In this document: positions 7,165-14,348 of the stretch, piece by piece
Numbering within the stretch: position 1 is the first letter of the stretch
Layout: each line of letters starts with the position of its first letter
IMG/VR virus record: IMGVR_UViG_3300027741_000051
Coordinates: 54,817 to 74,816 of that record
Strand: one strand, 5' to 3'
Source: an uncultured virus (IMG/VR IMGVR_UViG_3300027741_000051)
Taxonomy: Duplodnaviria; Heunggongvirae; Uroviricota; Caudoviricetes
Length of the DNA: 20,000 nucleotides
Made by a program: the position numbers and the translations under genes
The notes under the pieces: generated by a model
Databases searched by the model: none
Seen by the model: the letters and a program-made list of their open reading frames with translations, nothing else
What the model was told of the DNA's origin: nothing

Positions 7165-10100
7165 ATGCCACGTTTATCGAAAATTGGAGCGGCCGCACTT
7201 GCTGCCTTTGGGTGGACTGGACTGCAATCGGTTACCGTCAGTTATCTTGTAGTTGCTGGCGGGGGCGCGGGTGGTGGAGGCGTTGCTTCTCACGGCGGTA
7301 GCGGAGGGGGCGCGGGCGGTTATCGGACGGGAACAGCATCATTAAACCCATCACTGTCTTACACAGTCACAGTTGGCGCTGGAGGTGCTGGTGCAAATAG
7401 TACTGGTGCATCTGGTAGTGATTCCACATTTAACGCAACCACTTCGGCAGGAGGTGGGGGAGGAGTTACCGCTAGTAACGTAGGCGTTGCTGGTGGTTCT
7501 GGTAGTGGTGGTGGCCCTGATGGAACACCAGCCGCTGGCGGCGCTGGAAACACACCATCTACATCCCCAGTGCAAGGTTACGCTGGTGGACAAGGTATTA
7601 CGGACAATGCTTCTTACAGTGCAACTGGTGGTGGCGGCGGTTCTTCGGCGGTCGGTGCTGCCGGTGTAAATGGGCAATCTGGTGCTGGTGGCGTAGGTAC
7701 TGCAAATAGCATCTCAGGCACATCTACCTACTATGCTGGTGGCGGTGGAGGCGGTGCTACAACTCAATCAACTCGAGGCACAGGTGGTAATGGCGGTGGT
7801 GGCAATGGTGCATCCTCTGGTGCTGGTAGCTCCGGTACAGCAAACCTTGGTGGTGGTGGCGGTGGAGCATCAGTTAGTGGTACAACGGGCGGCAACGGAG
7901 GCTCCGGTGTCGTAATCATCTCCTACGTTGGCGCACAGCAATTCGGTGGCGGAGTTGTCACAACTGATGGCACAAACACAATTCACATATTTAACACATC
8001 AGGAACTCTGTTGCCTTTGTCTTCACTGACAGCACAATATCTTGTTGTTGGTGGTGGTGGCGGAGGCGCTTCAGGCGGCGGTGGTGCTGGAGGTTTTCGC
8101 ACTGGTACTGGGGTCACGATTGATACCAACTCTAATTATGTAATCACCGTTGGCAGTGGAGGAAGTGGAGGAGTTGGTGGCAGCGGAACACCGGCATCAA
8201 CTAATGGCGCTAATTCAGTTTTTTTAAATATTACTTCAGCTGGTGGCGGCAACGGCGCACGAATTGGAAATAGTGGAGAACTGTCCGGCGGATCTGGTGG
8301 ATCTGGTGGCGGCGGTGGCGGATTTTCAAATTCTATAACAAATGGAGGATCAGGAAATACTCCAAGTACCAGCCCAAGTCAAGGTAATAATGGCGGCAGC
8401 AATGGAACTCAACTATCTTCTCCTTATCCCGCTGGTGGTGGCGGTGGCGCTAGTGCAGTTGGAGGAAATGGTTCTGGTGGTTCAATTTCAGGTAATGGCG
8501 GTGCAGGCACGGCAAGCAGTATTAGTGGTTCAAGCGTTACCTATGCTGGCGGTGGCGGCGGCGGTAGTTATGGTAGTGGCACTGCGGGCACCGGCGGCGC
8601 CGGCGGTGGAGGCGCAGGAAGTGGCACAACAACCGGCACCAGTGGAACAGCCGGTACTGGCGGCGGCGGCGGTGGTTCTTATGTTTCAGGCACCGGCGGT
8701 AACGGCGGCTCTGGCGTAGTCATCATTTCTTACGCCGGCTCTACCCAGCAGATGGCTGGTGGCACAGTGACCATCTCTGGCGGCAATGTCATCCACACAT
8801 TTACCTCCAGCGGATACCTAACGCCCATCAAGTACGCAAGCCGTTCACTGCGGTTCCGTAGCACCAACAATTCTTATTTGAACCGAACTCCCGCTAAAGC
8901 ATCCAACCAAAAAACATGGACATGGAGCGGTTGGGTTAAGCGCGGAAATCTTGCTACAGGCGCGGCGCAATTTCTTTTTACAGCGCATAGCGGTTCTCCT
9001 TGGGGTGGTATTATTTTAGATTCAACAAATGCTATTCAAGTATCATTTAGCGCTGGAGTTTCCGGTGGAACTTACACTACTGCGCTTTATCGTGACCCAT
9101 CTGCTTGGTATCACATAGTAGTTGCGGTTGACACCACGCAAGCAACAGCATCAAATCGTATTTTGATTTATGTTAATGGAGTTGTAGTTACTTCATTTTC
9201 TGCCACCAACTACCCATCACAAAATTTTGATACGCAATTCAACAGCGCAATTGCCCATTACTTAGGATGTTCATCGTCCAGCACTGAAAATTTTGATGGC
9301 TATCTTGCTGAGGTCAACTTCATTGACGGCGCAGCCCTGACACCATCCAGTTTTGGCACGTTCAACAGCTACGGCGTATGGCAACCCATCACCTACGGCG
9401 GCTCGTATGGCACGAACGGGTTCTATCTGACCTTCGGCAACAACACATCGACCACCACGCTGGGCTACGACACCAGCCCGCAGGGCAACAACTGGACGAC
9501 GAACAACATCAGCGTGACTACTGGCACAACCTACGACTCCATGACGGATGTGCCAACGCTGACAAGCGCGACAGTGGCGAATTACGCTACTTGGAATCCA
9601 TTGAGAAAAGATAATATTTCAACAATATATTTAACCAATGGGAATTTAACAGCGCAAGGGCCAAATTACCCAAGCGGTGCGTTTATGTCCACAATTGCTT
9701 CACAAGGTTCAGGACTTTGGTATGCAGAATTAACGCTTTCAAACACAACATACCCTACTGTTGCTGTTGCAGATATTACTGTTGCCAATATTTCTCCAAG
9801 CGGTTCGATGAACGTCAGCGGGGTAATTGCATGGGACAACAGTAGCTACTTTATAAATGGCTCCACTTCTTCATCGGCCGCTACGTTTGCGTCTGGTGAT
9901 GTGCTTGGTATTGCTTTTGACGGGGCAACTCGCAAGGTATGGTTTGCCAAAAATAACACTTGGATTTCAAGCGGAAACCCAGCGGCTGGCACAAACCAAA
10001 TCGGCATAGTCGCAGGAACAGGCCCGCTTGCATTTGCTTGTAGGCCAGAAAATTCTGTAGCGATTTCCGCCAACTTCGGTCAACAAGGCTTCACCTACAC

Positions 10101-11196
10101 CCCACCAAGCGGCTTTGTTGCGCTGAACACTTACAACCTGTCCACGCCTACGATACCAAATGGCGCAACGCAAATGGCGGCTACGACCTACACGGGCAAT
10201 GGTTCTACTCAGAGCATTGTCAACACGGTCAATGGCACAGTATTTCAGCCTGATTGGGTTTGGATTAAGAAGCGAAGTGCGGCGGCTAGCTCTGGTTTAT
10301 TTGATGTTCTTAGAGGCGCTGGAGTCGTATTAACTAGCAATATCACTGACGCTGAAAGAAATAACGGAACTGGTTCTGGTGGTGACCTGATTGCCTTTAA
10401 CTCAAACGGGTTTAATTTAGGCAACAATACAACTGGCAGCGCAACAGACAGTAACTTGTCTGGTTCAACCTACATTGGCTGGCAATGGAAAGCCAACGGC
10501 GCAGGCGTATCCAACACCAGCGGCTCTATCACCAGCACGGTGAGCGCAAATCCTACGGCTGGGTTCAGCGTGGTTACCTATACGGGTACAAATACCGCTG
10601 CCACTGTTGGTCACGGGTTGGGTGTAACGCCAAGCATGATTATTGTGAAGCAGCGCAATTCTGGGTCTGAAAATTGGCTTACCTATCACAGTTCATTAAC
10701 TAACCCAACGACAAGTTATTTGTATTTGAATAGCACCGCTGCGCAAGCAACAACAGCAAGCTACTGGAATGGTGGCCCGACCTCATCTGTATTTGGTATT
10801 GGCGCTTTTTCTGGTATCAACGCAAGTGCTGGAACCTATGTTGCCTACGTTTTTTCCGCAATAGCAGGGTACAGCGCATTTGGTAGCTACACGGGCAACG
10901 GCTCAAGTGATGGGCCGTTTGTGTACACGGGATTCCGTCCACGGTTTGTATTAGTTAAACATACCAATGACATTGATAGTTGGTTTGTTTGGGATTCCTC
11001 ACGAATTTCATACAACGCCGCAAATTTAACATTAAAGCCAAATTCTTCTGACGCAGAAGAAAGTGCGTATTCAATTGACACACTGTCCAACGGATTCAAA
11101 ATAAGAACATCTGATGTACGGCAAAATACAAGCGGCGGAACTTACATCTACGCCTGCTTTGCCGAAAACCCATTCAAGTATGCTAACGCTCGTTAA
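7165..11196 (+). CDS. Large multidomain adhesin: two Gly-rich domains + LamG/ConA-like + SPRY-like + C-terminal domain of unknown function
   Basis: ATG 7165 is preferred over TTG 7162 because AAGGA at 7154-7158 gives 6-nt spacing. Gly-rich about 7231-8010 and 8026-8820. LamG-like (TWTWSGWVKRG, RDPSAWYHIVVAVDT, FDGYLAEVNFIDG) about 8840-9500. SPRY-like (GLWYAE, GDVLGIAFD, NFGQ..F.YTPPSGF) about 9580-10140. C-terminal PDWVWIK/GFSVVTYTG/GFRPRFVLVK domain. Confidence 0.85.
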   Translation: MPRLSKIGAAALAAFGWTGLQSVTVSYLVVAGGGAGGGGVASHGGSGGGAGGYRTGTASLNPSLSYTVTVGAGGAGANSTGASGSDSTFNATTSAGGGGGVTASNVGVAGGSGSGGGPDGTPAAGGAGNTPSTSPVQGYAGGQGITDNASYSATGGGGGSSAVGAAGVNGQSGAGGVGTANSISGTSTYYAGGGGGGATTQSTRGTGGNGGGGNGASSGAGSSGTANLGGGGGGASVSGTTGGNGGSGVVIISYVGAQQFGGGVVTTDGTNTIHIFNTSGTLLPLSSLTAQYLVVGGGGGGASGGGGAGGFRTGTGVTIDTNSNYVITVGSGGSGGVGGSGTPASTNGANSVFLNITSAGGGNGARIGNSGELSGGSGGSGGGGGGFSNSITNGGSGNTPSTSPSQGNNGGSNGTQLSSPYPAGGGGGASAVGGNGSGGSISGNGGAGTASSISGSSVTYAGGGGGGSYGSGTAGTGGAGGGGAGSGTTTGTSGTAGTGGGGGGSYVSGTGGNGGSGVVIISYAGSTQQMAGGTVTISGGNVIHTFTSSGYLTPIKYASRSLRFRSTNNSYLNRTPAKASNQKTWTWSGWVKRGNLATGAAQFLFTAHSGSPWGGIILDSTNAIQVSFSAGVSGGTYTTALYRDPSAWYHIVVAVDTTQATASNRILIYVNGVVVTSFSATNYPSQNFDTQFNSAIAHYLGCSSSSTENFDGYLAEVNFIDGAALTPSSFGTFNSYGVWQPITYGGSYGTNGFYLTFGNNTSTTTLGYDTSPQGNNWTTNNISVTTGTTYDSMTDVPTLTSATVANYATWNPLRKDNISTIYLTNGNLTAQGPNYPSGAFMSTIASQGSGLWYAELTLSNTTYPTVAVADITVANISPSGSMNVSGVIAWDNSSYFINGSTSSSAATFASGDVLGIAFDGATRKVWFAKNNTWISSGNPAAGTNQIGIVAGTGPLAFACRPENSVAISANFGQQGFTYTPPSGFVALNTYNLSTPTIPNGATQMAATTYTGNGSTQSIVNTVNGTVFQPDWVWIKKRSAAASSGLFDVLRGAGVVLTSNITDAERNNGTGSGGDLIAFNSNGFNLGNNTTGSATDSNLSGSTYIGWQWKANGAGVSNTSGSITSTVSANPTAGFSVVTYTGTNTAATVGHGLGVTPSMIIVKQRNSGSENWLTYHSSLTNPTTSYLYLNSTAAQATTASYWNGGPTSSVFGIGAFSGINASAGTYVAYVFSAIAGYSAFGSYTGNGSSDGPFVYTGFRPRFVLVKHTNDIDSWFVWDSSRISYNAANLTLKPNSSDAEESAYSIDTLSNGFKIRTSDVRQNTSGGTYIYACFAENPFKYANAR

Positions 11197-11205
11197 GGAG
11201 AACAC

Positions 11206-11547
11206 ATGAGCCATTTTGCAAAAGTAGAGAACGGAATAGTAACACAGGTACTTGTTGCAGAGCAAGATTTTATTAATACAGGTGCAATGGGTCACGGATG
11301 GATTCAAACAAGTTACAATACACATGGTGGTGTTCATAATGAAGGTGGTACACCATTGCGTAAGAATTATGCTGGTGTCGGTTATACATATGATAACGAC
11401 CGTGACGCTTTCATACCACCACAACCATTTCCATCTTGGATATTGAACGAAGATACTTGTTTATGGCAAGCACCAGTTCCAAGAAATAATGATGATAAGA
11501 TGTATTCTTGGGACGAATCAACCACTTCTTGGGTGTCTCTAAGTTAA
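11206..11547 (+). CDS. Small conserved phage protein (MSHFAK... family); paralog of 2706..3050
   Basis: AAGGAG RBS. Aligns nearly end-to-end with 2706..3050. The 25-mer CCACCACAACCATTTCCATCTTGGA is exact at 2922-2946 and 11416-11440. Confidence 0.75.
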   Translation: MSHFAKVENGIVTQVLVAEQDFINTGAMGHGWIQTSYNTHGGVHNEGGTPLRKNYAGVGYTYDNDRDAFIPPQPFPSWILNEDTCLWQAPVPRNNDDKMYSWDESTTSWVSLS

Positions 11548-11557
11548 ATAACTAATG

Positions 11558-11590
11558 ATTATGTTCTGGATAAATAGAACATAATAGGAG
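11558..11590 (+). promoter_or_regulatory. T4-type late-promoter-like motif inside a perfect hairpin, adjacent to the gp13 RBS
   Basis: ATTATGTTCT (11558-11567) and AGAACATAAT (11576-11585) form a perfect 10-bp inverted repeat. GATAAATA at 11569-11576 is 7/8 to TATAAATA. AGGAG at 11586-11590. Confidence 0.65.
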
Positions 11591-11597
11591 TTTTTCA

Positions 11598-12371
11598 ATG
11601 CCAACAATTAATAATAGACAAGAATTTATAGATTACTGCCTTCGTAGATTAGGTGCGCCTGTTATTGATATTAACATGGATCAAGACCAAATTGAAGATA
11701 GAGTAGATGATGCAATTCAATATTGGCAAGATTATCATTTTGATGGCACACAAAAATTCTATTGGATTCATTCAGTAACACAACAAGATATTAATAATAG
11801 ATACTTGAGTGCATCTGGTGTTTTGGACGAAAGCAATAATGCAATACAAATTGTTGGTATCTCTCGTATATTTCCAGTTAATGATTCTCAGGCTAATGTT
11901 AATATGTTTGACCTAAGATACCAACTCCGCTTGAATGAACTATATGACTTTACCTCAGCATCCTATGTCAATTATGTTCTGACTCAACAACATCTTCGTT
12001 CATTGGAAATAATGTTTACAGGAGAAGTTCCTATTCGTTGGAATAGAGTAACACAAAGACTGTATATCGATTGGGCTTGGGGTGACCAAGAAGCTCCTGT
12101 AGGAACAATAGTTGTTGCCGAAGCTTATGGTGGTATTAATCCAACTTCATATCCAAATATTTGGCAAGACCGATTTCTAAAACTTTATGCTACTGCTTTA
12201 ATTAAGAAAAATTGGGGTGAGAACATGAAGAAATTTGGAGGTATTCAATTACCCGGCGGAATAACATTGAATGGCAAAGAAGTATTTGATGAAGCTATTG
12301 AAGAAATATCACAACTCCATCAAGAAATGGAAACAAATTACGGTGGCCCACTAGAATTCATGATGAACTAA
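11598..12371 (+). CDS. gp13: Neck protein, T4 gp13-like
   Basis: YCLRRLGAPVIDIN...DQIEDRVDDAIQY..DYHFDG and YATALIKKNWGENMKKFGGIQLPGGITLNG motifs; first gene of the 13-14-15-16-17-18 block. Confidence 0.95.
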   Translation: MPTINNRQEFIDYCLRRLGAPVIDINMDQDQIEDRVDDAIQYWQDYHFDGTQKFYWIHSVTQQDINNRYLSASGVLDESNNAIQIVGISRIFPVNDSQANVNMFDLRYQLRLNELYDFTSASYVNYVLTQQHLRSLEIMFTGEVPIRWNRVTQRLYIDWAWGDQEAPVGTIVVAEAYGGINPTSYPNIWQDRFLKLYATALIKKNWGENMKKFGGIQLPGGITLNGKEVFDEAIEEISQLHQEMETNYGGPLEFMMN

Positions 12372-12372
12372 A

Positions 12373-13257
12373 ATGGCAACATCACCATATTTCAATAATT
12401 ACAAAGCCAAATACAGCGAACAAAGGCTCGTTGATGATTTGATGGCTGAATCAATTAAGATTCAGGGCTTTGATGCGTACTATATTCCTAATGATAATTC
12501 TATAGCAAGAGATTTATTATACGGTGAAGATCCTGTAAAGAAATTCAACACAGCATTTCCTGTTGAGATGTATTTGTCTAGTGTTATGGGAACAGAAGGA
12601 CAAAAAGATTTCTTTTCCAAATTTGGTTTAGAAATACGCAATCAAGTCCATGTACTAGTTTCACGCAAGGCTTTCTATCAAAGAACACCTCAAACAACTT
12701 ATTTAAGACCAATTGAAGGTGACTTAGTTTACGTTCCATTTTTGAACGGTGGTGGTGAATTGTATGAGATTAAATATGTTGACCAAAACAAAGATGGATT
12801 TACATTGGGAAGAAGAAATCCATACTACTACGAATTGGAAATGGAAAAATTCAAGTATTCACAAGAAATTATTTCTACTGGTATGGCAGATATAGATGTT
12901 GCTTCTTCAGATTCTGCATATACACTACATTTAAATGTTGGTGCTGGTACAGGTTCTTATACACTCAAAGAATTGGTATATCAATCACCTGATAATACAT
13001 ATGCAAATGCAACAACAATTGCTACTGTACAAACTTGGATTCCAACAACTAATACACTTTCTGTTATATACATTGCAGGTGAATTTGTCGATGGTGTAAC
13101 TATTATTGGCCAATCAAGTAATGCCAGATTCACATTATCTTCATATGATCCTTTAGATAATCCAGGACATCTTGAACCATATTCAAACAGTCTATTGCAA
13201 TCAGAAGGTAACACTTATATAAACACGACAGAAACTAATCCAATTGGTGGTTTATAA
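12373..13257 (+). CDS. gp14: Neck/head-completion protein, T4 gp14-like
   Basis: EQRLVDDLMAESIKIQG.D.YY.P, LYGED...KF, FFSKFGLEIR, RP.EGDLVY.P and F.YS.E motifs; synteny. Confidence 0.95.
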   Translation: MATSPYFNNYKAKYSEQRLVDDLMAESIKIQGFDAYYIPNDNSIARDLLYGEDPVKKFNTAFPVEMYLSSVMGTEGQKDFFSKFGLEIRNQVHVLVSRKAFYQRTPQTTYLRPIEGDLVYVPFLNGGGELYEIKYVDQNKDGFTLGRRNPYYYELEMEKFKYSQEIISTGMADIDVASSDSAYTLHLNVGAGTGSYTLKELVYQSPDNTYANATTIATVQTWIPTTNTLSVIYIAGEFVDGVTIIGQSSNARFTLSSYDPLDNPGHLEPYSNSLLQSEGNTYINTTETNPIGGL

Positions 13258-14333
13258 TGGCAAATGTTTACTACAATAGGATGATAAGAAAGATAACTGT
13301 TGCTTTTGGTGATTTGTTTAAGAACATCACAATGGTTCGTTACAATGCAGATGATTCGGAACAAGAAAGATTCATTGTTCCTATTGAATATGCAACCAAA
13401 GAATTATATGTAATGCGTATACAAGGTGACCCAAACCTTGACAAGAAAGTTATGATGACTTTGCCTAGAATGTCATATGAGATGAATGGCCTATCTTATG
13501 ATTCGACCAGAAAACAGATGACAAACATAAAACAATTCAATCAAAGTGGTGCCGTAACTTCTTCTCAATATGTTCCTGTTCCATATAACTTTGATTTCTC
13601 TTTGTATCTGTATGTAAGAAACATTGAAGACGGAAATCAAATTATCGAACATATTTTACCATTTTTTGCACCAGATTATACGATTAAGGTCAACATGATT
13701 CCTGAAATGGGAATCGTTAAAGAAGTTCCTGTTATTTTAAAAGATACAAAATATGAAGTAACATATGAAGGTGATTATAGTTCAGATACAAGGTCTGTAA
13801 TTTGGACATTAAATTTCACTGTCAAAGGTTTTATATTTGGTGCAACATCTACCGCTGGTGTAATTAAAACATCCATTACTAATATATACAATACAATATC
13901 CGACAGAGATACTGTGATATTTTCGCTTACTCCTCTTGGAACAGGTGATTATCAGATTGGTGAATTGGTATATCAGGGAGCTTCTCCTGCTTATGCGACA
14001 GCAAGTGCAAGGATTGTCAATTGGGACTATTTAAATTTAAAATTAACAGTAAGTAATTTAGATGGTAATTTTATATCAGGTCAAAAACTAATTGGTTCCA
14101 TAACAGATGCAACATGGACTTTTGATTCTTATAATATCGTAACTGAAAAATATACAAATATTGTTATCACACCCGCATATGGTCCATCTCAAGATGATTT
14201 AGCGGCAGATACAGGTTCAGAAGATATTATGACCGAAACCGGAACAGAAGATTTACTAACGGTAACAAGTGATAATGGACCAATTGATCCTTTCACATAC
14301 AATACTGTTATCACCGAATATCCAAATACTTAA
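13257..14333 (+). CDS. gp15: Tail sheath stabiliser/tail terminator, T4 gp15-like, with C-terminal extension
   Basis: IRKITVAFGDLF..I, VPIEYA.KE, TLPRMSYE, PVPYNFDFSL, DGNQIIEHILPFF.P and IWTLNFTVKG motifs; TAATG overlap with gp14. Confidence 0.95.
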   Translation: MANVYYNRMIRKITVAFGDLFKNITMVRYNADDSEQERFIVPIEYATKELYVMRIQGDPNLDKKVMMTLPRMSYEMNGLSYDSTRKQMTNIKQFNQSGAVTSSQYVPVPYNFDFSLYLYVRNIEDGNQIIEHILPFFAPDYTIKVNMIPEMGIVKEVPVILKDTKYEVTYEGDYSSDTRSVIWTLNFTVKGFIFGATSTAGVIKTSITNIYNTISDRDTVIFSLTPLGTGDYQIGELVYQGASPAYATASARIVNWDYLNLKLTVSNLDGNFISGQKLIGSITDATWTFDSYNIVTEKYTNIVITPAYGPSQDDLAADTGSEDIMTETGTEDLLTVTSDNGPIDPFTYNTVITEYPNT

Positions 14334-14348
14334 TTCAAGGATTTAAAA

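Noticed and set aside
7165..7225. Sec signal peptide on the large adhesin
   Set aside because: The hydrophobic stretch is short and the context is a virion structural cluster. A docking peptide is more plausible, although a signal peptide is not excluded.
1965..8820. Collagen-like or PE-PGRS/bacterial origin of the Gly-rich tracts
   Set aside because: No sustained Gly-X-Y period and no PE domain. The tracts are bounded by the YLVVAGG and GSGxVII motifs in a clear phage context.
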